DNA of 58,767 bases, taken from Patescibacteria group bacterium. GTDB lineage: Bacteria; Patescibacteriota; JABMPQ01. The position numbers were made by a program, and so were the translations under genes. Each line of letters begins with the position of its first letter. Positions within the stretch are counted from its first letter, which is position 1. The notes under the pieces are model-generated. The model had not been told where the DNA came from. It ran no database searches and saw only the letters and a list, made by a program, of their open reading frames with translations. This document shows positions 46,409-56,216 of this stretch, piece after piece. The DNA lies in NCBI GenBank assembly GCA_041749335.1, contig JBGTBM010000003.1, positions 1 through 58,767 of the forward strand, read 5' to 3'.

Positions 46409-47299
46409 TTAAAGAGCTAAAAGTTTGACTTTACGGCCCTGGGTGTCAATGTAGCCGCTTTTGCGGTTATGATTTTGGACCGCTGCAATACCGCGATAAA
46501 AGGGATGAGTATATTTGTAGCCATCTGAATATATTCTCTCGCCCTTGCGATTGATGTGGAAATATTCGACTACCGAATCTCCATTATCATTGATTTTTCC
46601 GGCGGCGGGAGCCAGGTTTTCATGAAAATCTCCCACCCAATGAAAGGTTTCTAAATAGGGCTTATTGCCGGCATGATCAATGTGATAGGCCGTGCCGGTT
46701 TGTAATGTCACCGCCGCCAGTCCTTGTCGATAGGGGCGAGCTTCTTCGTATCTGCCGTCGCCGCGGGGATGGCCGTGATGATCAATGAAAAACATTTTAC
46801 CATCCGGCTTATCTTGCGCGACTGCTAGGCTTTCGCTGAATTCTGATACCTGATAATAGCGCGGGGTGTAAGCCGGCTGTCCATCGGGGAAGATATGCAG
46901 CATTTTGCTTTTGAAATTTCTGGCGGCCGCCAAGCCTTCATAAAACAATCCTACAAAAGCGTAGCGCTGATTGTAAGCGATGTGGCCGGATCTAGTAATA
47001 TGAAACATCTGGCCGTCGATGGCTGCCGGAGCCAATCCTTGATTAAAATCTCCCACCCAGTCATAGCGGGCGCGATAGGCCGGATTGAGCTCTTCGTCAA
47101 TGTGGCACCATTTGCCGGTGCTTAATTTAACCGCTGCCAAGCCTTCTTGGAAGGGGCTGCCTTCATCAAAGGCGCGCGAAGATTGACCGTTAAAAGGATG
47201 CACAAAAGAGATTGATCCCCCCGGCCAGATAGCGCTGGCAACGGACACGGATACTATGCCCATTTGGGCTGTTTTGCTTTTAAATTCAGTCTCAATCAT
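46409..47299 (-). CDS. WG-repeat (KWG-type beta-propeller-like) protein
   Basis: Start set at MIETEF (AGGAGG 7 nt upstream). Repeats of F.EGLA.V......W..ID..G occur about 8 times. Confidence 0.65.
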   Translation of the reverse strand: MIETEFKSKTAQMGIVSVSVASAIWPGGSISFVHPFNGQSSRAFDEGSPFQEGLAAVKLSTGKWCHIDEELNPAYRARYDWVGDFNQGLAPAAIDGQMFHITRSGHIAYNQRYAFVGLFYEGLAAARNFKSKMLHIFPDGQPAYTPRYYQVSEFSESLAVAQDKPDGKMFFIDHHGHPRGDGRYEEARPYRQGLAAVTLQTGTAYHIDHAGNKPYLETFHWVGDFHENLAPAAGKINDNGDSVVEYFHINRKGERIYSDGYKYTHPFYRGIAAVQNHNRKSGYIDTQGRKVKLLAL

Positions 47300-47440
47300 A
47301 ATTGATCCTCCTGTGTTGATTGACAAGGTACAGAACATAAATTTAACAAAAAATTTTTTATTCGGCAATAAGTTATTAATTAAAATATAAATTCAATAAA
47401 TATTTATATTTTGCTATAATTAACTAAATTAATAAAAAAA

Positions 47441-48298
47441 ATGAAAAACAAACATATTCTTTTAATTATTTTTTTGAGCGTAATATTTTTTACAAAAGCA
47501 TCCTGGGCCGCATCAGGCGTTGATTTACTTCAACCGGCCTCGGCTCTTATTTATAACGAAGATTTAATTGTTAATGGGGCGGGTAAATTTAAATCAATTA
47601 GAATCGGTGAAGAGGGAGTAGGCGGAGTAACTTATTTTAACGGCACAATTATTAATATTGGGGAAAAAGTTCCGGTTACTTTTGGCGATGACGTTCGTAT
47701 TGACGGCATGATATGGGGCGGGCCGGATAAGGGCAATGAGAATGACCAGGCCTTAAAAGTTGCGGATGCTCTACTGCCGGGAATTACCGATGTTAATAAT
47801 CTCGGGTCTGATGAATTTAGATGGAAAGATTTATATATCGGAGAAATACGTTTAAAAGGAAATATTATCCGAAGTAGCGCAGTTACAGAATATTTATCAA
47901 TTCCCGGAGCCGCCTGTAGCAGCGGCAGAACTTTTCCGATTTTAGGATATTGCGATAATAATTTGGGAGTAAGTTTCGTGATGAGCTGGCAGGTTAATTT
48001 GCCAGACAATGTTAAGATTAGCGAATTTGCCGGCAATCTGTACGATAACGCCGGAGGCAATATGGCCTGCAACGTCTGGAGAGTGGGACATGGAAATCCT
48101 CTGGAAATTAAAAATGTCGCATCGATAAATTTAACCAGTAAAAGTGTTGATTGGCGATGGCTGACCGATGATTCAATAAATTATGAAATGGTTAATAATT
48201 CTCAATATTCTTATCATATCGGCTGCAGCGGAAATGCTAGCGCAGATGTCAGAGCGGCTAATTTTCGCATTAGATATGAAAAATCACAGCTCGACTAA
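47441..48298 (+). CDS. hypothetical secreted protein
   Basis: 285 aa with a signal peptide (ILLIIFLSVIFFTKASWA). No family recognised. Confidence 0.55.
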   Translation: MKNKHILLIIFLSVIFFTKASWAASGVDLLQPASALIYNEDLIVNGAGKFKSIRIGEEGVGGVTYFNGTIINIGEKVPVTFGDDVRIDGMIWGGPDKGNENDQALKVADALLPGITDVNNLGSDEFRWKDLYIGEIRLKGNIIRSSAVTEYLSIPGAACSSGRTFPILGYCDNNLGVSFVMSWQVNLPDNVKISEFAGNLYDNAGGNMACNVWRVGHGNPLEIKNVASINLTSKSVDWRWLTDDSINYEMVNNSQYSYHIGCSGNASADVRAANFRIRYEKSQLD

Positions 48299-48316
48299 AA
48301 TATTGTTGTAAAACGC

Positions 48317-48345
48317 TTGACACTATTTATTATTTGATATATACT
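48317..48345 (+). promoter_or_regulatory. sigma-70-type promoter of a small G+C-rich cassette
   Basis: TTGACA - 17 nt - TATACT. Confidence 0.6.
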
Positions 48346-48398
48346 GCTGGCACAGGAAAATAAGTTCTTTCCATAAACCCCAAAACCCAGGAGTCTCC

Positions 48399-48611
48399 AT
48401 GAAATATTCCGAAATCCAGGAAAGCCTTCGGCGTGAAGGTAATGTGATCAAGCTTCCCGTAGTAACGCGCGGCTTCAACGATCTGCGCTGTCCCAAGTGC
48501 GGACGGTCCGTAGATATCATGAAGTTGCAGAGGCATTTCTGTGATTGGATATGTCATCACTGCGCTGGACTGATCCCGGATTCGGTGATTCCGCACGATA
48601 TCTGTGATTAA
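48399..48611 (+). CDS. hypothetical 70-aa zinc-ribbon-like protein
   Basis: AGGAG lies 5 nt upstream of the ATG. CPKC...CHHC motif. G+C-rich codons. Confidence 0.55.
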   Translation: MKYSEIQESLRREGNVIKLPVVTRGFNDLRCPKCGRSVDIMKLQRHFCDWICHHCAGLIPDSVIPHDICD

Positions 48612-48633
48612 TATAAACAGGATTCCCTAAGGA

Positions 48634-48816
48634 GTGTTGGTCAGTGAGAGGGTTCCGGTTTGGCCCACAGACTGGAAAGGCAGAGTACGTCAGTATCCCC
48701 TAGTCCCCGTCCCTCCTACTGACTGGGGAGAGCCGTATTACTCCTTTGGTGGATGGTGGTGTTGGGCGCAGACGAGTAAAAAGACCGTCTATAAAAAATC
48801 TATGCATTGTATCTGA
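48634..48816 (+). CDS. hypothetical Pro/Trp-rich 60-aa protein (uncertain)
   Basis: GTG/TTG start immediately after AAGGAG, so spacing is too short for the GTG. Contains a repeated PTDW motif. Confidence 0.3.
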   Translation: MLVSERVPVWPTDWKGRVRQYPLVPVPPTDWGEPYYSFGGWWCWAQTSKKTVYKKSMHCI

Positions 48817-49013
48817 AAAGGTACGCCGCAAAGATCAGTAGATGCTCGTCGGCACTCCCTGGGGAATTTTTTCGCTCTTTCACACAGCCTTGCTTTAAGC
48901 GGGGCTTTTTTATTTGACAAGGTAAAACGAATAAAGAATAATGAAGTAAGAAGTATGATGAAAAGATATTAGGATTACTAATTATTAATTTATAATTTTT
49001 AAATACTAATTTT

Positions 49014-49742
49014 ATGTCCGGTCACTCAAAATGGTCCACAATTAAAAGAAAAAAAGGAGCCTTGGACGCCAAAAGAGGGCAGGTTTTTACTAAAATGGCA
49101 AAGATGATTACCGTCGCTGCACGGCAGGGCGGAGGCGATCCGCAGATGAATATTAAGCTGCGCCTGGCGGTGGATAAAGCGCGGCAAGTTAATATGCCGG
49201 CGCAAAGCATTGAGCGCGCAATCAAAAAAGGCGCGGGTGAATTGCAGGGAGAGGCGGCGCTGGAGGAGCTAACCTATGAAGCTTATGGTCCCGGAGGAGC
49301 GGCCTTGATTATTGAAGCGGTTTCGGATAATAAAAATCGCACTACATCCGAGATTAAACATATTTTATCTGATAACGACGGTCGGCTGGGAGAAACCGGC
49401 AGCGTAAAATGGATGTTTAATAATACCGGAGTAATCAGAATCAGTAATATTAATAAGGCGGATCAAGATAAAATTGAGCTAGCGGCTATTGATGCCGGCG
49501 CCAATGATATTAAAGAAGAGGCGGGCTCTTTAGTAATTTTAACTGATGCCGGAAAGCTCATGGAAGTTAAAAAAGCTTTAGAAAATCAAAATATTCATTA
49601 TGATTCGGCCGAGCCGGAATTGATTCCGCAAAACCCTTTAAAAATTGAAGACCAAAATATTTTAAATCAGATGGAAAAATTAATGGAAGCGTTGGATGAA
49701 CAAGAAGATGTTAATGAAATTTATAGTAATTTGAGCGATTAA
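49014..49742 (+). CDS. yebC: YebC/PmpR family transcriptional regulator
   Basis: MSGHSKWSTIKRKKGALDAKRG... Canonical N-terminus and length. Confidence 0.95.
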   Translation: MSGHSKWSTIKRKKGALDAKRGQVFTKMAKMITVAARQGGGDPQMNIKLRLAVDKARQVNMPAQSIERAIKKGAGELQGEAALEELTYEAYGPGGAALIIEAVSDNKNRTTSEIKHILSDNDGRLGETGSVKWMFNNTGVIRISNINKADQDKIELAAIDAGANDIKEEAGSLVILTDAGKLMEVKKALENQNIHYDSAEPELIPQNPLKIEDQNILNQMEKLMEALDEQEDVNEIYSNLSD

Positions 49743-49743
49743 T

Positions 49744-50229
49744 ATGAAAATATTGGGATTAGATCCGGGAACCGCCATTACCGGTTTCGGGATTATTCAA
49801 AAAAGCAGCCAAGGAATTGATTATGTAAATTGCGGCTGCATTACCACTTGCGCCGGTGTTCCGATGCCGGAGCGGCTTAAGTGTATTTATGAAGATACCA
49901 GAAAATTAATTTTAAAATACCGACCCGACGCGGTGGCGGTAGAGGATCTTTTCTTTTTCCGCAATGTTACCACCGTGATCAAGGTTTCGCAGGCGCGGGG
50001 AGTCTTAATTCTAGCGGCGCAAAAATGCCATTTGCCGATTTTTGAATATAAGCCGCTGCAAATAAAAAGAGCTCTGACCGGTTACGGCCGAGCCGATAAA
50101 AATCAAATGCAGCAGATGGTAAAATCCATCCTTTCTCTAAACCGGATTCCAAAGCCCGATGATGCGGCTGACGCTTTGGCGGTCGCTATCTGCCATGCCA
50201 ATTCCGCGCAATTTTTAAAAGCTAAATAG
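49744..50229 (+). CDS. ruvC: Holliday junction resolvase RuvC
   Basis: ILGLDPGTAITGFG, VAVEDLFF, DAADALAVAICH. Confidence 0.95.
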   Translation: MKILGLDPGTAITGFGIIQKSSQGIDYVNCGCITTCAGVPMPERLKCIYEDTRKLILKYRPDAVAVEDLFFFRNVTTVIKVSQARGVLILAAQKCHLPIFEYKPLQIKRALTGYGRADKNQMQQMVKSILSLNRIPKPDDAADALAVAICHANSAQFLKAK

Positions 50230-50330
50230 ATTAAAATTCTAAAAATAAAATAAAAATTACATATTTAAATTTTGTTGAATATTTGCTAGTATAGGGTCAA
50301 TATTATTGGAATTTTGTTTAAAATAAAAAC

Positions 50331-51881
50331 ATGAAAAAAATCATTATTTTGGCGCTCTCTTGTTTGTTGATTTGGATTTTGCTGCCGGCCGCGTTATCTC
50401 ATGCTCAAGTTTTGGAAAGTGAGGAACAGGCGGAAACAGAGCCGGTGATAAAAACTCCGACTGCCAATGCCGGTCAGGATTTAGAGCAATTGGCGGGAAC
50501 TAAAATTAAATTTAGCGGAGCGCAGTCTATCAATCCCTTGGAGGGCGAGCTAAATTACAGTTGGGATTTCGGCGACGGGCAATTGGGAGAGGGCAAAGAA
50601 ATTACCCATGCTTACGATATGGCGGGAGATTATCGGGTAGCGCTAAATGTACGCAATAGCGAAGGGGCCGATCGAGCGGAAATTATTGTAAGAATATACG
50701 AAGATGTAATTACTTTGATAACAGATTTGCCGCCTGACGATGATGAGATTTTATCTCTGGAAAGATATTGCACGCGCGAGCGGGTTTATCTTGTTTTGAT
50801 ATCGCAGCCCGGATCCGATCCTGATTATTTAGTTGAGGCGGTATTGGTAGACGGCATGCTGGAAAAGCGGGAGGAAATTAAAAAATCTTCAGCTATCATT
50901 GCCTGGACTGACGGAAATATCGGATTGAACGCCTTGGCGAAATTTGCGCAGTCGGCGGGAGATGTTTCGGAATTAAATATGGCGCAAAAAGCAATAATTT
51001 ATGTTACCGAAGGCAGCTTTACGCAAACCGCGCGCTTGGCTCAATCCACTTTTGATATCTTAAAGCCGAAATATTTATTGCTGGCCAAAAAGACCGCGCT
51101 ATTTGCCGTGATTGACGCCAAATACGCTGATGAAATATTGAAAGAAGTAAGGGCTTCGGGAATTTCCCATAATCTGATTAGTTTTTACAGCGGCCGGGGC
51201 ATTAAAGAGCTGGGCGTGACAAATTTTATGAGCTACACCGTAAATTATTTAACCAATAAGGGGGTATCGACGGAAAATATTGTGCTGATGCTTATGCTGC
51301 CGATCATCGCGATGATCGTAGCTTTTTCTCGCCAATTTTTGGGCATTAAAACCTTTGGCATTTATACCCCGACTATTATCACTTTATCTTTTTTAGCTAC
51401 CGGGCTTAAATACGGACTGACGGTTTTCTTGGCGATATTGATTGTGGCGACGGTGGCGAGGCTGATCTTAAGAAAATTCAAATTATCTTATCTACCCAGA
51501 ATGGCGATCGTGCTGACGATCGTGGCTTTTGTAATTTTAACGATGTTCGTTGTGGCGGCGATTACCAATCGCGTCGGTTTTATTAGCATGTCTATTTTGC
51601 CGATATTGGTTTTGATTATTTTGGTAGAAAAATTTGTATCGATCCAGATTGAAAAAGGTCCGCGCACCGCCATCATGCTTTCTTTGGAAACAATCTTGGT
51701 ATCGGTAGCATGTTATTTTATCGCCAGCTGGAGCACGGTGACTACCTTTGTTTTGGCTTATCCCGAAGTGGTTTTATTGACTTTTGTCGTGAATATCTTG
51801 CTGGGCAAGTGGGCGGGACTGCGAATTTCGGAATATATTCGGTTTCGCCAAATTCGCCGACTGAAACAAAAAAATAAATAA
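50331..51881 (+). CDS. secreted PKD-domain protein fused to a 7-TM module (7TM_transglut-like)
   Basis: Signal peptide. PKD motif YSWDFGDG...HAY. C-terminal block of about 7 TM helices. Positioned directly upstream of an ATP-grasp ligase, as in known amidoligase neighbourhoods. Confidence 0.55.
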   Translation: MKKIIILALSCLLIWILLPAALSHAQVLESEEQAETEPVIKTPTANAGQDLEQLAGTKIKFSGAQSINPLEGELNYSWDFGDGQLGEGKEITHAYDMAGDYRVALNVRNSEGADRAEIIVRIYEDVITLITDLPPDDDEILSLERYCTRERVYLVLISQPGSDPDYLVEAVLVDGMLEKREEIKKSSAIIAWTDGNIGLNALAKFAQSAGDVSELNMAQKAIIYVTEGSFTQTARLAQSTFDILKPKYLLLAKKTALFAVIDAKYADEILKEVRASGISHNLISFYSGRGIKELGVTNFMSYTVNYLTNKGVSTENIVLMLMLPIIAMIVAFSRQFLGIKTFGIYTPTIITLSFLATGLKYGLTVFLAILIVATVARLILRKFKLSYLPRMAIVLTIVAFVILTMFVVAAITNRVGFISMSILPILVLIILVEKFVSIQIEKGPRTAIMLSLETILVSVACYFIASWSTVTTFVLAYPEVVLLTFVVNILLGKWAGLRISEYIRFRQIRRLKQKNK

Positions 51882-51895
51882 ACTTAATTAAATTT

Positions 51896-53338
51896 ATGGA
51901 TATTTTGGGGATCAACGAAAGAAATCTGGCCTTTCTGCGCTCTTACAATAAAAAAAGCGCGGTAAATTTGGCCGATGATAAAATTAGAACCAAAAAACTT
52001 TTGGTTAGAACCGGAATATCTTCTCCCCGGATGTACGGATCAATTGAGAGCTTTAAAGATCTGGAAAGTTTTGATTGGAATAAATTGCCCGGGAGCTTTG
52101 TGATAAAACCCAATAAAGGCTTTGGCGGAGAAGGCATATTGATTTTATCGCGGCGCGGAAAAAAAGAAAAATTTAACAAAACCGCACTGGATAAAAGAGT
52201 GTGGGTGACCAGCTCGGGGGATGAATATCCGCTCGAGAAGCTTAAATCGCATATCATGGATATTATTGATGGTAATTATTCTTTATCCGGACTGCCTGAC
52301 GCCGCTTTTATTGAAAGAAGATTAAATACCGATCCGGTTTTTAAAAGTTATACCCGCAAGGGCCTGCCTGATATTAGAGTGATAGTTTTTAATAAGGTGC
52401 CGGTGATGGCGATGCTGCGGCTTCCGACCGAAATTTCCAAAGGCCGGGCAAATATTTCGCAAGGAGCAATCGGCGTGGGCATTGATATCGGAACCGGCAT
52501 GACTACCACCGCCATGGTAAAAATTCCGTGGCATAAAATAATCGAAAAGCATCCCGACACCAATCAAGAATTAGCCGGACTTAAGATTCCATATTGGGAA
52601 AAAATTTTGGAGATGAGCGTAGAGATTCAAATCGCGTCCAATTTGGGATATTTGGGAGTTGATGTTGCGTTGGATAAAAAGCATGGTCCCGAAGTTTTAG
52701 AAATAAACGCGCGCCCAGGGCTGGATATTCAGCTGGCAAATTTGGAAGGCTTGGCCGGACGCTTGAAAAGAGTCAAGGGGCTAAAAATAAAATCGGTGTC
52801 GCATGGGGTGCGAATCGGCAAAGATTTATTTGGAGGCGATGTGGAAAGAAGAGTGGAGGAAATTTCCGGCTTGGAAGTCATTGGCATAATTGAAAAAGTT
52901 TCTATTTTAAATAAAAAAGGTTCAAAAAAAATATCGGAAAATGCCAAGGTGGATACCGGCGCAGGCATGACTGCAATTGGCCGAGATCTGGCGATTAAAT
53001 TAGGCTTTGCGGAGGCGATTGAGTTTTATGAAAAATTTAATATTAAAGACGTGATGGATAAAAGCGAAGTGGATCAGTTAAGCAAAAGAAAGGTATGGAA
53101 GCAAATAGTTAAGCATCCCGACATTGTTGAGGTGGCCAAAGTGGCGAGTTCGCACGGATTTTCCTATCGTATTGAAGTTCCGATAGTCTTTTATTTAGCC
53201 GGACAAAAAATTACCAGCCACGCGACTGTCAGCATGCGTAAAGAATTGGATTATCCGATGATTATCGGCCGGCGCGATTTAAAGAATTTTTTAGTGGATC
53301 CTTTTAAAAATCTACCCGCGAAAAAAAAGAAAAAATAA
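51896..53338 (+). CDS. alpha-L-glutamate-ligase-like ATP-grasp enzyme fused to a retropepsin-like (DUF785/Zn_protease) domain
   Basis: ATP-grasp N-terminal part (VIKPNKGFGGEGI, EINARPG). C-terminal AKVDTGAGMTAI...MIIGRRDL carries the DTGA aspartyl-protease signature. Confidence 0.65.
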   Translation: MDILGINERNLAFLRSYNKKSAVNLADDKIRTKKLLVRTGISSPRMYGSIESFKDLESFDWNKLPGSFVIKPNKGFGGEGILILSRRGKKEKFNKTALDKRVWVTSSGDEYPLEKLKSHIMDIIDGNYSLSGLPDAAFIERRLNTDPVFKSYTRKGLPDIRVIVFNKVPVMAMLRLPTEISKGRANISQGAIGVGIDIGTGMTTTAMVKIPWHKIIEKHPDTNQELAGLKIPYWEKILEMSVEIQIASNLGYLGVDVALDKKHGPEVLEINARPGLDIQLANLEGLAGRLKRVKGLKIKSVSHGVRIGKDLFGGDVERRVEEISGLEVIGIIEKVSILNKKGSKKISENAKVDTGAGMTAIGRDLAIKLGFAEAIEFYEKFNIKDVMDKSEVDQLSKRKVWKQIVKHPDIVEVAKVASSHGFSYRIEVPIVFYLAGQKITSHATVSMRKELDYPMIIGRRDLKNFLVDPFKNLPAKKKKK

Positions 53339-53480
53339 TATTTTCGGTCAATTAGTAATAATTAGTAAAATCAAATTTATTAAATTTTCGGCGTGGGAGG
53401 CGGCGGCACGTTCAATGGATTTTAATATTAATAAGCAACAATTTAGAGCAATTTAGCCATTATTTTTAATAAAATTATCT

Positions 53481-56039
53481 ATGTCTACAAAAGATCAGTA
53501 TTTGGTAAAAAAAAGTTGGTTTCTTGAAGGGAGCAATCGATATCTTAACTCTCCGGTATATCGAGCGGAAGTTCCTCTGCTAACCATTACTCCAAAAAAA
53601 GCTTTAAGCTTTATCAATAAAAAAAAGCTGCCAAAAAATCTGGTAAAATTAAACGCAGCGGAAAATATATCCACGTGGGAGATTGCCATAAAAGCGCTTC
53701 TTTTCTTGGCGAACGCCCCGCTGGTTTTTTACAAAGAAACGCCGGCGAATCCCGGCAATATTTATTCAATTTTTAATATTACTTCACAGGAGGCGGGGGA
53801 CGCTTTATTGAGCGAGGCGGCCAAGCTTGTTCAGTCAAAATTAAAAATGAAATTGAAAGATAGCGCGGCTAAAATAATAAGGATTAAAGATATATACGAA
53901 CCGGGTTCCATCAATAGCAGATATATTGAGGAGGCGAATAAAAGAAATATTCCCTACATTATATTAAATAAAGCGCCATTTATTTTGCAGCTTGGCTATG
54001 GTTCAAAGTCAAAAAAAACCTGGAGCGCTCTAACCAGCAAAACGCTTAGAATTGGAGCCAGGATCACTGCCAACAAATTTATTACCAGCAATCTTCTTAG
54101 GAAGGTGGACATTCCTGTTCCGCAGTCAGCGGTTATCAGCAATAAAAGCGAACTGCACAATTTGTTTGATAAATATTTAAAACCGGTTGTGATTAAGCCC
54201 GCTGATTCTACGGTCGGGAAGGGAGTCTCTATGAATATTGCCAGTTTATCGCAGGCGAAAAAGGCCTACGAAAAAGCTTTGGCAGTCAGTAAAAAAATTA
54301 TTATTGAAGAACAGATTAAAGGCTATTATTATCGGGTGACATTTGTAGATGGAAAAATGATTGCGTGCGCGAAAGCATTTCCGGCGCATGTAATCGGCGA
54401 TGGTAAGAGAAGGCTAAGAAGGCTTATTGATGAAGAAAATGACCGGCCTTATCGCCAAAAAATCGATAAAAACAAAGCTTTTTATAAAATTGAAATCAAC
54501 GAAAAAATAAAAAGAATTATCTCTTCACAAGGATACGCCTTAAATTCATTGATTAAAAAAGGAGAGAAGGTATTGCTTTCATTTTCCGGCGCTGATGGCG
54601 GGGAGTGGGTGGAGGATAATTCATCGGTTCATCCGGAGAATATTAAATTAATGGAGCGGGCCTTAAAGCTGGTGGGCTTAAATATTTCCGGTATAGATAT
54701 TTTATCTCCCGATATATCTGTTCCCTTTAAAGAAAATGGCGGGAAATTATTAGAAATCAATGCGGGCCCCGATATCAATATCCATGCTAATGTTAACCAA
54801 GGAAGAAAAATTATAGTAGAGCAGGCGATAATAAAAACATTATTTAAAGAAGGCGAGGATGGAAGAATTCCGCTGGTGAGCATTACCGGCACTAACGGGA
54901 AAACGACTACCTCGAAATTGATCGCGCATATGATAAACGATCCGGACAAGTGGGATGTTGGTTTAACGACATCGGAGAATAAATATATCAATGGAAAAAT
55001 TGTTGCCAAGGGAGATAAATCTGGATATTTAAGCGCGCAATCCCTGCTGATTAATCCTGATATTGACGTGGCGATTTTGGAAACGTGCCATATTCTGGGA
55101 GTGGACAGAAGAGGGCTGGGGTATGATTGGAGCGATGCGAGCGTTATCACTAACCTGACGGGAGATCACGTCGGAACTTTTTGCACCAGAACGGAAAAAG
55201 ATCTTTTTGATATAAAATCAGTGGTGGCAAGAAGAACCAAAAAAGACGGCTACATTATCCTTAACGCGGACGATTCCCAGGTAGTGAAGATGGCCAAAAA
55301 AACTAAAGCTAGGCTGGTATATTTTGGATTAGATCATCAAAATAAGTTTATTAAAAATAGCCGACGGGTGGGTTATCCGATTTATTATTATAATAATGGT
55401 GGCTTGTGGGAGGAAATAGGCGGGAAAAAGAAACTTTTGGCGAGCGTTAAAAATATCCCCATAACCTTCGGAGGAACCGCCGAGTTTAATGTTTATAATT
55501 GCTTGGCGGCTTTGGCCGTGGTGCGTTCAGTCTTCAATAGACAGAGCTTAAAACAGATACGAGAAAGATTAAAATCATTTGGAATAAGCCCCAAATCCAA
55601 TCCGGGGAGATTTAATATAATTAAGAAAGATAATTTTTCTGTGATAGTTGATTATGCGCATAACCCGGATGGATATGAAAAAGTAATAGCATTAGCGAAG
55701 AAAATTCCACACCGCAGATTAGTGGGGGTGATAAAATCGGCCGGAGACCGGCCCGATGATTTTATCAGAGAGCTGGGAAGGATCGCTGGCAATAATTTTG
55801 ATTATATTTATGCAAAAGATCCCTCCAGGGAAAAAATCAGGGGAAGGAAAGAAGGTAAAGTCGCAAAATTATTAAAAGACGGGGTTTTGGAAACAAAATT
55901 CTCCCCCAAAAATTTGAAAGTGATTTATAATGAGATAGACGCGGTCAAGCGCGCCTTAAAAAATGCGGAAAAGGGAGATCTGATATTGATATTCGCCCAT
56001 GAAATTGATCAAATAATTGAGTTGGTTGAATCTTTTTAA
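53481..56039 (+). CDS. cphA: cyanophycin synthetase-like enzyme (ATP-grasp plus Mur-ligase domains)
   Basis: 852 aa. ATP-grasp core (VVIKPADSTVGKGV, LEINAGPD) followed by the Mur-ligase P-loop ITGTNGKTTT and a C-terminal Mur domain. Confidence 0.8.
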   Translation: MSTKDQYLVKKSWFLEGSNRYLNSPVYRAEVPLLTITPKKALSFINKKKLPKNLVKLNAAENISTWEIAIKALLFLANAPLVFYKETPANPGNIYSIFNITSQEAGDALLSEAAKLVQSKLKMKLKDSAAKIIRIKDIYEPGSINSRYIEEANKRNIPYIILNKAPFILQLGYGSKSKKTWSALTSKTLRIGARITANKFITSNLLRKVDIPVPQSAVISNKSELHNLFDKYLKPVVIKPADSTVGKGVSMNIASLSQAKKAYEKALAVSKKIIIEEQIKGYYYRVTFVDGKMIACAKAFPAHVIGDGKRRLRRLIDEENDRPYRQKIDKNKAFYKIEINEKIKRIISSQGYALNSLIKKGEKVLLSFSGADGGEWVEDNSSVHPENIKLMERALKLVGLNISGIDILSPDISVPFKENGGKLLEINAGPDINIHANVNQGRKIIVEQAIIKTLFKEGEDGRIPLVSITGTNGKTTTSKLIAHMINDPDKWDVGLTTSENKYINGKIVAKGDKSGYLSAQSLLINPDIDVAILETCHILGVDRRGLGYDWSDASVITNLTGDHVGTFCTRTEKDLFDIKSVVARRTKKDGYIILNADDSQVVKMAKKTKARLVYFGLDHQNKFIKNSRRVGYPIYYYNNGGLWEEIGGKKKLLASVKNIPITFGGTAEFNVYNCLAALAVVRSVFNRQSLKQIRERLKSFGISPKSNPGRFNIIKKDNFSVIVDYAHNPDGYEKVIALAKKIPHRRLVGVIKSAGDRPDDFIRELGRIAGNNFDYIYAKDPSREKIRGRKEGKVAKLLKDGVLETKFSPKNLKVIYNEIDAVKRALKNAEKGDLILIFAHEIDQIIELVESF

Positions 56040-56216
56040 TTTACCGGGAAGATTGCCTTGATAAAAATTTGACGAAGGGCCAGCCTTCTTTTTTTATTTG
56101 GCTTATGGCGGTTTGGATTTTAATGAAAACCCGGCGGTTATTTTACTAAAAACGAAGCAATGGCCGCATGATCCCAGAAGTTTTTAAATTCCAATTAGAA
56201 ATTAATATTTAAAAAA

